A stretch of 63,894 nt of DNA, filler included, from Octopus bimaculoides (Eukaryota), in the NCBI RefSeq assembly GCF_001194135.2. It is 5 parts of 5 records of this genome, joined end to end, with 100 filler letters (N's around TTAATTAATTAA, not from the genome) between each part and the next. Parts side by side here need not be neighbours in the genome. Positions count along the whole stretch, not along the records: positions 31,012 to 40,983 come from NC_068986.1; positions 41,084 to 62,673 come from NC_069006.1; 3 more parts are not named here. One strand, given 5' to 3'. Below the pieces are notes generated by a model. That model worked only from the letters and a program-made list of their open reading frames with translations. It did no database searches and was not told the origin of the DNA. This document shows, in pieces, positions 38,986 through 51,683 of the stretch; within the stretch, counting starts at the first letter, position 1, and every line of letters starts with the position of its first letter. A program made the translations under genes and the position numbers.

Positions 38986-39065
38986 GCTCGATTCAAGTAC
39001 GTGATGTTGACAAACTACAGTAATGGAGAAACAACGGTATCAATCCCTCGTGAAGAGGAGCGGAG
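38986..39065 (+). CDS. Candidate 80-nt internal exon of an unidentified plus-strand gene
   Basis: Acceptor ttccttccag|, donor GAG|GTGAGC, and only one open frame: ARFKYVMLTNYSNGETTVSIPREEER. Confidence 0.3.
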
Positions 39066-40950
39066 GTGAGCTGTCTCGCCTGTGTATGACTTTCATATGT
39101 TTAAACACACGATGATATGAGGGTGTCGTTATCCAGGCGCTATAAGGAAGTGAACCGGTGAACAAAGTATATGGATTGAGTGTGTGCTGTTGATAGTATG
39201 TATGTATGTATGTATATAGGTACGTATGTATGCAGGTATGTATGCATGATGGGATGCGCTCGAGCGGGACAATTAGACCATTTAGGCTTTTTTATTGTTT
39301 ATTGCCTCTATTCTTCTAAGGCTTTCACTTTCTTTATTCTAATAAACACGACTTCCTCTCTCGCTCACTCCCTCTCTCTCTCCTTTCTCACTCTGTATCT
39401 ATCTGTCTGTCTGTCTGTCTGTCTCTGCCTGTGCATCTGTCTGTCTGTCTCTGCCTGTGTATCTGTTTGTCTGCCTCTCGCTCAACCGTTTTCCTTAAAA
39501 TTATGTGATAACCAACATTTTCTGAGGTACTATGAGAATATAAGTCAAACTTTTTATATTGTGTCGACCTATCGTTTTAAAATTACATTGAAATTTTATA
39601 TTCCAGCTTCCATTCGGTTATACAAATATATACATTACGATATGTACAAAACAAATACAAATACAATACAATACAAATATGTACAATATAAATGCGTACA
39701 ATACTATATACACACTACGCTATTTCTTTCCTCATTAGTATTTAACAATTCAAGATAAAAGCAAGACAGCCACCTGGAGGGTCCATCATAGACGTACGAT
39801 TCCATATATACATACATATAATAATATACATAATATGTTTACATATACAGTAGTGTATGGCTGCAAAGATGCATTCATACATTCATTTACACATAAATTT
39901 AGATATGAGTACCGATGTATATACCGACATGAATACATACATTGGGAAATACATACAAACATTTCTTTCCTTACGACTACATATGTAAACAGTCTTATAA
40001 AGGTGTTTATGTTGCGGATGTATGACCACACATGAAGTAAAGTATTTGAAATGATAAATGAGAAAATGACTGACTACAAAGATGTTCTTTGTGCCAGCTA
40101 TCAAACACGAAAATACATACACACAGGCGTAGATATATACATACATACATATATGTGTTTATATATATATATATATATATATACATGCATATATAAGCAT
40201 AATAAGCTTTATACATATACATATATAATATGGATACATATTTATTGATATTTACTTTGTCTTTATTTTTTCATTATTATACGTTTGGTAAAAGTAACGA
40301 TCTGGCAGAATTGTTAGCACGCCGGACAAAATGCTTAATGTTACTTCGTCTGTGTTGTTGTTCTCAGGTCCATTTCCACCGTGGTGGACTTTGCTTTTCC
40401 TCCTTTCTGTGTCGATGTAATCGACTCTTCCCTTCCACAAAAATTTCAGGCTTTGCGCCTTTATAAAACGGAAAGGATTATTTACAGGCGTTGTTTTGAC
40501 AGAATCGTTCGAATATCGAAAACACATTTTACATGATTGTACTTGAAGTTCAAATTGTGACAAGATCGACATTATTTCGCATCCTTTCAGGCTCGAGGAA
40601 ATAATTCACCGGTGAACTAAGAAATGACTGACCGATACTTTTAATGTAGATGTTCTCGAGGCTAAAATTGAGGCAGTTGTTTCTTTTGGGTTCCGTCATT
40701 GGACTGCGGTTTTACTACGGTACGGTTTACAAGAGAGTCAATTAAATGGACGCCAGTCCCTATTTATAAGGCATAGATATTCATCGATTTCTAAAGATAG
40801 GTTCGCTTGGTAACAGGATATAAATGGACTCAAATAAACCAGAGAACATCGGTTTACCTTTATAAATATAGACATGGGCGCCATGGCCTCAAACACACAC
40901 AAACACACACGCACATATTTTTATGAATTTATATATGGGTAGATACACAT

Positions 40951-40983
<33 letters not shown>

Positions 40984-42269
40984 NNNNNNNNNNNNNNNNN
41001 NNNNNNNNNNNNNNNNNNNNNNNNNNNTTAATTAATTAANNNNNNNNNNNNNNNNNNNNNNNNNNNNNNNNNNNNNNNNNNNNACAAACCTCTAACTTCC
41101 CAGAATATATTCATATTTTAAAAAAAAATTTAAACCATTTTTGATATTTACTACCATAAAAACGAGCTGGCATAGCTGTTAGCATGCCAGGCAAAATGCT
41201 TAATGGCATTTTGTCCATTGTTACATTCTGAGTTCAAATGCTGCCAAGGTCAACTTTGCCTTTCATCCTCTTGGAGTCAATAACACAAGTACCAGTTGAG
41301 CACTGGTATCAGTAAAACCAACTTACCCACCTCCCCTAAGTTGCTAACCTTGTGTCAAAATTTGGCCATTAAAGCTTTTGGTACCAACCTGCTTGAAGCC
41401 AACCCCTTTGTTATACGACACAATTTTTTTCGTTTTAAAGTGAAATTAAACCTAGAAAAGTTGTTGGCCTTGTGCCAAAATTAAAAAGAATCATTAATAT
41501 TATTATTATTATTATTATAAATATCAAACAATGATTTACTTTGCTGCAAAAATGAGACTTCTGCTCCATTTCTCAATACTGAATATTATAATTTGCTAAA
41601 GAAAATTTTTGCATGCAACACTATTGGTAAATCAGATGAAATGAAGACCACAGGCTGTACTTTGCCAACCTCTGCTCTAAACAGCAGAAATATTGCTTAA
41701 TAGATGCTGTGCAAGGTTTCAGAGCCAAGTTCAAAAGTAAGCTAGCCAAGACATTCTCCTGTATGTAATACTGCTGATTAAGGAATTACACTTAATAACA
41801 AAATTATAATTTTTTTTTCTGTCTTTGGTCAGTAAGTGTGATTTCCTATTTGCTTATCCAGAAATCAAAGCAAACGACTACTATTCCCTTGAAACTTTGC
41901 TTTTCTGACCTGGACATCAATGTGTTGAAACTGACCTATTTTCCATTATATTTCAGACAGATTTTGCTCAATACCACAAATTTGTTTGACCTTAACCACT
42001 TGAGCATGTCCCTTGGTGGCTGACAATATGTGCATCTCTGATGATGAGCAGGAGTAGTGGGAGGAGCATCATAGCCATATGTTGAGAGGGATTCTTTGGG
42101 GTTTAAATAAATGTAACAAAAGTGAAGTTTGAAGGAAATATTAGCAATATCTCATATTTTCTTGGGGTAAGCAAATAGGAAATAATAGTTGCTACCCAAG
42201 GACAAAAATCATGTTACACAGTGTTATTTTTAACTCCACAATGGTTGAATATCAGTGAAACCTGTTTAC

Positions 42270-42431
42270 CTCACTGATAAGCTGCGATCCTTTTAATCCT
42301 CCTGGAATAACAACTGCATCATATTTGTTGTCACTGATTGCCTGCTGGAGACTTTTGTCTGGAACAATGACGGTATCCCGACTGCATTTGACTGGGTTTG
42401 AATCATTGAGGCCACCAACTGTTACGCACAC
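42270..42431 (-). CDS. PARK7: DJ-1/PARK7 second coding exon (162 nt, phase 0-0)
   Basis: VCVTVGGLNDSNPVKCSRDTVIVPDKSLQQAISDNKYDAVVIPGGLKGSQLISE aligns with human DJ-1 [46 protein letters not shown]. Bounded by cag| and |gtaaac. Confidence 0.95.
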
Positions 42432-43153
42432 CTGTGTAAGAAACACATTGAAAATACTTTAGAGTAAAAGAAAATCATTTTCCAAAATATATTGTAAACA
42501 TTTACACAAAAAAGAAAGTCTCAGTCTTAATAGATAACATGAGCATTTGAAGACTTAACACAACTTTGAATAAACATGCAGATTTTGGTTCTAAGCCTGT
42601 TCCATTTTATTATAGTTCTCCAGGTTATAACAGTGGGAGTTTAAAACTTGCTGTCCACCACGCTCTGCTGTATGTACACTGATAATCTAGTCCTTGTCGC
42701 TGAATCGTCATCATTTAACCCTTTAGTGTTTAAACCAGCTGTATCCAGCCCAAATGTTCTACCCATTTTATGTTCAAACTAGTCAGAACCAGCAGCTCAC
42801 ACCTACCCTGCAATGCCATTCTAATAATGAATAATTACATCTTCGAAATCTCGAAGCTACAAGATAGTAATCTGAACACTAAAGGGTTAAAGCAGTGGTT
42901 TTCAACTGGGGTCTGTATAAGATTTTGTTAAAATTTATGTGCAATAAAACTGTTTATACTTATACAACACAAAATATTTTAACAATTCTTTTTTTTTTTT
43001 TTGTACAATTCCTAATATCTAATTATAAAAATATAAACATTGAATAGCTATGGGGGTTCAGTAGAGTAAAATAGGAATGAAAACCACTGATTAAACCCTT
43101 TAGCATTCATATTATTCTGTTAAACATAATGCTTATTCTCAGTTCTATATTTA

Positions 43154-43641
43154 AGAGATGAGGAATTATGTACATTATTTACATTTGACGGATATTTGTC
43201 CTCATCTTGTTTGTTGTTAACACGTTTCGGCTGATATACCCTCCAGCCTTCTTCAGGTATCCTGGGGAAATTTCGAACCTGGGTTCTCATTCCTAAGGTA
43301 TTTTTCGATATTATTATTATTATTATTCAGATTGGAGCCTGGCGTAGCCATCTGTTTCACCAGTCCTCAGTCAAATCGTCCAACCCATGCTAGCATGGAA
43401 AGCGGACGTTAAACGATGATGATGATGATGTCACTGCTTGGAATCGAACTCAGAATCTTGGGGTTAGTAGCCCGTGCTCTTAACCACTATGCCATAATAA
43501 TAATAATATCGAAAAATACCTTAGGATTGAGAACCCAGGTTCGAAATTTCCCCAACACATCTGAAGAAGGCTTGGAGGGTATATCAGCCAAAACGTTAAC
43601 AACAAACAAGATTAGGACAAATATCCATCGAATGTAAATAA
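43154..43641. mobile_element. Foldback element: tRNA-like Pol III head, (AAT)n and hammerhead-bearing tail in both orientations
   Basis: Arms 43172-43325 and 43493-43641 are inverted copies containing ctgaagaa-ggct(g/t)..cagcc-(g/a)aaac. The minus-strand head at 43430-43495 has A-box tggcatagtgg and B-box gttcgattc. A SINE-D tail is inserted at about 43326-43429. Confidence 0.8.
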
Positions 43642-43932
43642 TTAAGGGGTCTATAGATTTAAAAAAATTATTGATAATCCCTGGGTCAAAGTATGTCTCT
43701 AGAACCTGCTTCAAACCCAGGTACATCTGCCCTGATAATTGGCAGTGGCTTGGTCAGCAAATCCTCTCCTATGGTCAACAATTGATGGCAAGCTGAGCTG
43801 CTAAGGATCACACTATCCCAAAGTGTGTATGCATGTGACCAGGGACTGCATACAAGCTTGTATTCGTATGGGCACTTCAAACATGAACTCTACATCTCAA
43901 CAGTGAATGATGGCTACAGCGTTCACGCTATC

Positions 43933-44065
43933 TAGGTATTTTTCAATATTATTATTATTATTATTATTGTTCAGGTCACTGCTTGGAATTGAACTCAGGA
44001 TCTTGGGGTTAGTAGCCCATGCTCTTAACCACTATGCCATAATAATAATAACATCGAAAAATATC
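43933..44065. mobile_element. Second, truncated copy of the core of the tRNA-head/hammerhead element
   Basis: Same tRNA-like head and the same inverted junction ccactatgccataataataata..atcgaaaaata. Confidence 0.85.
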
Positions 44066-44204
44066 TGTTGGATTTGATCAGCATATGTGAAAGCCAGCTC
44101 AACCCACCTCAGGTGAACACCATTGCAAATACAAATATGTAAATACAAACATAGATATGTAATGTTAATGTGCATGAATGATGCACTACAGATGAGCTGA
44201 GGGA

Positions 44205-44470
44205 AAACCAAGTGTAAGAAGAATCAGACAATGTGCAACAAAGGAGAAAGAAGACGTGATGCATGTGGAGGACAACAGCTGGGTAAAGAAGTGCTACAGG
44301 ATAGAAAAAGTAAGAACATGCAGAAGAGGAAAACTGAACAAGAAATAAGTAACAAACACCAATCTCAGGAAACTAAATGTCACAAAGGTGATGATAGGGG
44401 ACAGTAACAAGTGGTGAGAAAGACCCGTCTAACACATGTAAGCATGGAAAAGTAGACATAAAAACGATGA
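44205..44470 (+). mobile_element. RTE-type LINE 3' remnant
   Basis: HVEDNSWVKKC..RTCRRGK resembles the RTE C-terminus (GHVMRM.ED.WVKKC...G...RGRP). Confidence 0.6.
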
Positions 44471-45753
44471 CAGATTTAGGAATATAGGAATCAGCTTAAA
44501 GATAAGAACTAATTACATTTCTTTAACCTTTTTGCATTAATACTGTCAAATGTAATGCCTGTTTATTCACATTGTTTTGAATTAATCATGCATTATCACG
44601 TAGCTTTGAGATAAATATCATTATCTAAACAGGTGTAGAATAAGTAGAGAGGAACTTCGTAAAGTGGTTGACCTTAGGAAGGGCATCCAGCCATAAAAAT
44701 CTATACCAGGCATAATTTGCTGCTGCTGATGCCATGTAAAAAACACCCAGTCCACTATGTAAAGTGGTTGGCATTAAGGGCTTCCAGTCATGAAAACTAT
44801 GACAAAACAGATCTCACTAATGCTGGAGCCATGTAAAAAAAACCACCCAGTTCACTCTGTAAAGTGGTTAGTATTAAGAAAAGCTGTAAAAGCCATGCCA
44901 AAACAGACAGTGGGGTTTGGTGCAGCCCTCTGGTATTGGTTTGTTTACGTGTACGTAAATTAGCGGTTCGGCAGAAAAGACCGATAGAATAAGTACCAGG
45001 CTTTAAAAATTAGTTCCGGGGTCGATTCATTCAACTAAAAATTTTAAAAATTCCTCAAGGCGATGCCCCAGCATCGCCTGCCGCAATCATATAACTTAAA
45101 ACAAATAAAAGATAAAAAATATACACGCGCACACACATTCACATTAAATGTAATTTCCGAGACCACCGTGCGGACTTATTTTCTCCTATACAAGTGACAT
45201 TAGACAGAGAAACGTAACCCCTGTTAATCCATAACAAATAGATTTGAAATCTCCATTGCATAAAAGGGATTCACTTCTAATTTTATAAAGTTGCAAGGCA
45301 AAACCCTATGACGACAGCTATCCTAGTCATGACCATCAAATATATTCAGATATGGTAGCTAAGACAGCATTATTGCGTCCTTTTCTCAAGACAGAAATAT
45401 GTATTTCATAGAAAGTTTTGGCTGTAATTTCTAACAGATTCAATGAGCAGGTCTTCCTGTTTGCTTAGCTGCAAACGTAGTAGTTTATAGCAGTGACTTA
45501 CAGTAAGGAGGAATGAAGTATTTTAGAGTTAAGTGTCTGAGAGAGAAAGGGAGATATATATATTTATATATATAATAAGGTGGAGAAAAGTGAAGCGTGT
45601 TAAAAAAAAAAATGGAGATAAATGGGTCAAGGTCGACATAGGAGAAAAATGAGAGCATATGATGTCAAGGTCAACTTATGAAAATGAGACGGGAGTAGGT
45701 CAAAGACGAAACTACGAGAATAAGAAACGGAACAGGTTTTAATCCCCATGTTG

Positions 45754-45802
<49 letters not shown>

Positions 45803-45825
45803 CATATATATATATATACATATAT

Positions 45826-46418
45826 ATTTTCTTTTACTTGTTTCAGTCATTTGACTGCGACCATNNNNNNNNNNNNNNNNNNNNNNNNNNNNNNNNNNNN
45901 NNNNNNNNNNNNNNNNNNNNNNNNNNNNNNNNNNNNNNNNNNNNNNNNNNNNNNNNNNNNNNNNNNNNNNNNNNNNNNNNNNNNNNNNNNNNNNNNNNNN
46001 NNNNNNNNNNNNNNNNNNNNNNNNNNNNNNNNNNNNNNNNNNNNNNNNATACGACGGGTTTCTTTCAGTTTCCGTCTACCAAATCCACTCACAAGGCTTT
46101 GGTCGGCCCGAAGCTATAATAGAAGACACTTGCCCTATAGTAGAAGACACTACTATAGCCTCGGGTCGACCAAAGCCTTGTGGGTGGATTTGGTAGACGG
46201 AAGCTGAAAGAAGCCCGTCGTATATATGTATATATGTGTGTTTGTATGTCTGTGTTTGTCCCCTCAACATCGCTTGACAACAGACGCTGGTGTGTTTACG
46301 TCCCCGTAACTTAGCGGTTCAGCAAAAGAGGCCGATAGAATAAGTACTAGGCTTATAAAGAATAAGTCCTGGGATCGATTTGCTCGACTAAAGACGGTGC
46401 TCCAGCATGGCCGCAGTC
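45826..46418. mobile_element. Head-to-head inverted dimer of 5'-truncated SINE family B
   Basis: Minus copy (3' end at 45826-45864, core at 46050-46135) faces a plus copy (46150-46418); part lies in an N gap. Confidence 0.85.
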
Positions 46419-47721
46419 ACATCTTACTGCATGTAGCGGTGTGCTTATAGTGTTTCTTGATGCAGTTCTTTTCTGTAGCAATCTGCAGTTTACTTAGCTC
46501 TTGAGTAACATCGATCATCATAAAACACGGAGAAAAGTCGAAATTTTACAAGCATTTATCATTGTTTTTATATAGATGTATGTTTATCTACGGCTTTGGT
46601 TATTAGTTTCCAACAAGATGATACTGTGTTGTTGCAAATATTACAACACGTTAAAACGCGTTGAAATTATTTCTTGTTAAATTATTATATTCATAACATT
46701 TACCTTAAATTAAGATATTTTTCAATTATACGAACACAAAGTGTTACTAAATAAAAGGTCGTTGAAGAAAATTATATGAGATTAGTAGAAAATCAGTTAA
46801 GAAAAATTTACTTTTAAATGTACAATTATTAAGATTAAAGATTATTGCTATATTTATGGGACAATCTACTATAAATAGCAAAAAAGTGGACTTCAACAAG
46901 TAATATCAAATAGATTAGAAGTCTTTGAGATGTGAAGCGTGTATACATATGTAGATATGTGTGTATATACGCACCCATACTTTTCTGAATTTCAAAAGCC
47001 AGTCAGTGGTGTTCGTTTGTTTACGTCTCAGTAACTTAATCGTTCGGATAAAAGAGACCGATAGAATATGTATCAGGCTTACTAGGGTCGATTTGTTAGA
47101 CCAAAACCCTTAAAAGCGATACCGCGATAGGGCCGCCGTCCAATGACTGAAGCAAGAAAAAGATAAATAATTGGAAGATGATCTTATCTAAGGACAGCAC
47201 AGGAAAGATTTGAGATAATGGTAATCCATGCTGTAATTTAACCTACTGAGAGCAGGTGGTATCTGATGATGACAAAATGTGGTAACAATAAACATTATTT
47301 TGTATATTCCGATCCAAGCCAGTAAATATGCAATCCTCTTGAATGAGAAATAAAAATAAAAGGTCTTCAATAGAATTTCTATTTTTCAAAAATTAACCAC
47401 TAATATTTATTTCTGTGAGAAAGAACCTTTTTAAATGCATTGTAGCATTTGAATTTCCTCATAACTTTTTTAATAAAATTTTTGAAGTCTTTGAAACTAT
47501 GCCCAGGTTATTAATTATACAATAAATCATTCGTGTTTACTGTTTAATGAGCGTTTAAAAAAAAACTGCTTGTGGGGATCTGGCCTAGAAGATAACGGGA
47601 TTTTTAATCTATCATTTCATATTCTTATGTGTTAAAACAGCAACGGAAGGGTTGAGGAGAAACTATTGTTTAAGCTAAGCATAGTGCAAGGGTTTGCCTA
47701 AGACATGTATTTATGCATGCA

Positions 47722-47756
<35 letters not shown>

Positions 47757-49089
47757 AGAGGTGTGTGTATATATATATTTATGTATTCAAGTAATCCCAA
47801 ATAAACACATTTTAGTAATGCCCTTATATAAATATAAACGAATAATTATATTCTTGGGAATAGAAATTTCCCTTATGAATTTTTTTACACACTAGCTTCC
47901 TGATAAAATTCTTTTGAATTTATTGATTCAAGTAATCCGGTAGTACTCATTAAAAAAATAAGCTCCTTGATGTATCATTCTACAAAACAATATATAATAC
48001 AATACAAGAGATTTGTGATATTTGAATTTTCTTAAATAAAATTTCAAACTATTTCTGTCATTTATGACTTTATATATAATGTGTAGACGTATTTCTGTGT
48101 TTGCCTGCAGCTTCATACTGTGGTAGCAGCACCCAACACATTCACAATCAAGTCAACTCTTTCAATGAATAGTCGTTTGGCCGAGTTGAGATGTACTTTT
48201 TGAAGAAAACAATGAAGTGACAGAATTGTCGCAGCATCATTTGAGAGAGCTACATTCATTCCGAGCCCCCCTGTAGTGAGTTCAAACGTAACTAAAATCA
48301 ACCTTCTACCTTTTCCCTTAATTTTTCGGTTTTCACTCTCATATGGAAAAAAAAAAATTTTTTTAATTATGCTCTGAATATGTAATACAATAATTCTTCC
48401 AAAATTATACGTAACACAAATTGCGAAAATTTTATTTTTAAAGTCCAAGCTGAAACTTTACAAGAAAAGGCAGGTAATTTTGACACCCGCTCTTCCATTT
48501 TCTTTTTTTTATTTTCCTAGTAACCTGTGATGCTTAAAATATATCGAAGCAATGAAATTACAGGTTTTTCTTTTCTTTTTAGCACACTATATAATTTCCC
48601 ACTCTATAGGAATGCCCAGGTTCCTTTTTTTTTAACCAATCAAAGGGTAAACCGCGATCCGCGGGACTTTTTTCTGAATGGCACTTCTAATTCCATGATG
48701 AAAAATAACGTTTATTAAAATTATCTTTATTCAATTCTTTTTATGGTGCGGCCTACTTGTGGTCCGCTTCTCGAAAAAGGATACATATGTATGCTCTAGA
48801 CTGTACCGTTAATTCAAAAGTCCAGCCCCGTTATGACACGAGTTCAGCCTAAAAATTACACAATGGGTATGCGTGATTATGCATAACCTATTCAGCCATT
48901 TTCACGTTAATTTCGCGAGTAGAACTTCGTATACCAACACAAGTGTGCCCTGCCACCACAACCACCAAATTAGTTTCCTCATAACTTTCAGAAAAATGTG
49001 TATAGTTTAAAGCCATTTTCTGCAAATACTTTTTAGATGGCGTACATTACGATTACATCAGAATTTAATGTGAAAAAAACCCCAAGCAA

Positions 49090-49161
49090 GGCGATCTTTC
49101 GATACCAGTACGAAATTTTACGGAAAACGCCGATATTTCGTACTGGTATCGAAAGATCGCC
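49090..49161. other. Perfect 27-bp-stem hairpin with 18-nt loop
   Basis: ggcgatctttcgataccagtacgaaat (49090-49116) is the exact reverse complement of 49135-49161. Confidence 0.95.
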
Positions 49162-50486
49162 AATATATGTATCGATATGTATCAGTGCGCGCCTGCCAAT
49201 TAATATTATTAATATCTTGTTGTTTTCAGATTAAAATCCAGTATAATTGTATTCTACAATATCTGAAATATATTTGTAGAAAATTCCATTAAAAAGTATC
49301 CATATTTCTGTAAGTTATGAGGAAACAAATTCGATAGAATGGGGCACTCTTGTGTAGGTATGCCCGCGTGGTTATAGCCTATTCAGCTACTCACGTTAAT
49401 TTCACGAGTAGGAATTCGGTTTACCGGCAGAATAAAAATCGATAAAGCTTGCCAAGAATCCGATCAATTTGAGGCAACATCAAAGTTATTTTTATGCGTT
49501 GCCCGTTGGTTTCATTTTAACTGCTGCCGATTTCTCTACCTATTTTGCCGGCATCTTTCGTTAGGGTAGGTAGTTGAGTAGCAAATAAGTTTGAAATATA
49601 AAAAAGTTATTTGTTTCTTATTCTACAAGACTAAGTTTGAGAATAAAATAATAATAAAAATGCTTTCTGTTATAGCTTGAGCATAATTGTAGATAATTGT
49701 AGATGTGAAAGATAAATAGAAGGAATCAATCTATAATAAACTGTACAAAGAAATCTACAAATTTCTACTTCGCAGTAATATTTCTCTACCTCAGTATACT
49801 TTTTCTTTCTTTCTATATATCTATTTACAGGTGTGTGCATTGTATGCATATATATGCATGTATGTGTGTGCGTGGTATGTATGTATGTATGTGCATATTT
49901 TTTTTACATATACACACAAATGCATATCTTTATATACATGCATACTAACACAAATGCTTATAGATAAATATAAGACGTGTGTGCGTATATATATGTATAT
50001 AATCGAAGTTCTCTCTCTCTCTATATATATACATATACATATATTGTTTATAGAAGACATAAATCCGGCCTTCCCCATATATACGCATTTTCACCCACTC
50101 ATGCACTATCAGAACAATGAAACTTATTTAGCTCACATTTAAATCATGTGTTTATTAAATGACATACCATTTATTATATATATGAGGTGCGTAGTGAATG
50201 TCTATTTATACAAAAATGGGGTGGGGGGAAGCACTCTATACATAATAGAGTTAATAAACACTTCAAGGTGGGTTTTTTTTTGGGTTTTTTTCACTGAGAG
50301 AGGTTTTTGTTAGTGAGGAAGGTTTATATCTCTATTTATATTGTTCTACGGTTTCAATAACATAAACATCAGTTTTTTTTTCTCCCCCCAAGAAAATAGA
50401 TTGCTCAAACCATTGATCAACTTTTAGCAGTATTTCTGGAAACAGGAACGCTGTGCATGGTTGGTCGATCATCCAAGACTTTTTTC

Positions 50487-50949
50487 GGTAAATATTTCAT
50501 AAAGGACCCATTCGTACCTTGGTGTGAAATATCTTTGTTTTTTCCACGGGTTTATTTCGAGTGCATTCAACATATCTGATCTCCAAACCTGCCGCAAGAT
50601 CCTTTTTCCCCGGAAAAGAAAGTGGGGGAGGGGTAAAAAAAAAATCATTTCACAGCGAAATATCGCAAATAGCTGCTATGTGGTAGCAGGGCGTGCTAGA
50701 AATAGCAGCCAAATCTTTCCTTTTCTGGGGAAAGGAACCGTTTACGCGTGATTTCCTTGTCACATTCGATATGCGAAATAACCTGGAAAGGAATAACAAA
50801 AACCCGCGATCAAACCCCTTTTCTTTTCCGGAAAAAAGTGGCTCGCGGCGGGTTTGAAGTCAGATACGTTGAATGCACACGAAAATAAACCCGTGGGAAA
50901 AAATTATTTCACACCGAGGTACCAACGGGTCCTTTATGAAATATTTACC
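50487..50949. mobile_element. MITE with about 145-bp TIRs starting GGTAA (Merlin-like)
   Basis: ggtaaatatttcataaaggaccc..gtacct.ggtgtgaaata..ccacgggtttattt..gtgcattcaac.tatctga occurs in both orientations; the T-rich flanks are TSD-like but imperfect. Confidence 0.85.
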
Positions 50950-51599
50950 CCTTTTTTTTTTACTCTTGGAGCAATACAGGTGACGACTGAGATGGAGAGA
51001 TATAGATAGGGAGAGAAAGTAAGGTAACGATAGAGCGATATATATATATATGAGAGTGGTAGAGAGAGATATAGATAGGGAGAGAAAGGTAGCGATACAC
51101 AGGAGTGAGAAACAGAGGTAGAGAGAGAGAGAGAAATAAGGAGACAGAGATTAAAAACATCCTCAGTGCATTACTGGTACTTTGGTAATTTATCAATCAA
51201 GAAAGGATGAAAGGCAAAGTTAACCGCGGCTACATTTAAACTTACAGCAAGTACAGAAGGTATTACAAACAAATTTTATCAAGGTGTTCTATCTGAAAGA
51301 CCTTTAAATAACCCCGCCAATTTGTTGCCGGGGGATCAAATAATGAGGAACTCCGAACAGAGAACTCTCTCGTGCAGATATATTTGAATAAATTATGTTA
51401 TTCATCTAGTCAATGTCTAATTGTTTTATATGATTATTATAGATAAAGCACATATATTAATATGCCCCTCTCTCTCTATCTATATATCTATCTATATATA
51501 TATATATATATATACATACAGAGTGTGTGCGTGTATGTCTATATATACACACTGATATTATATCAGGTTAAATAGAAGAATAAAACAAAAAAACTGTAC

Positions 51600-51683
51600 C
51601 CCACCGCGACGCAGAACGTCAATCGTAATAACAGCTTCCATTTCTTCGGCCCCTTCGGCCAGAATTACCAATGCAGAAGGCAT
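51600..51683 (-). CDS. PARK7: DJ-1/PARK7 first coding exon (84 nt)
   Basis: MPSALVILAEGAEEMEAVITIDVLRRGG then |gtacag, cf. human [30 protein letters not shown] with the same phase-0 intron position. Contains the conserved Glu (E18 equivalent). Too short for the ORF track. Confidence 0.96.

Noticed and set aside
43430-43495. Possible tRNA gene (apparent ACT anticodon)
   Set aside because: No complete acceptor stem, present in repeated copies inside a mobile element; treated as a SINE head.
48113-48448. 111-aa minus ORF within the DJ-1 intron
   Set aside because: No similarity to DJ-1; the two DJ-1 exons already join in phase without it, and a plus-strand acceptor here leads to stops in all frames.
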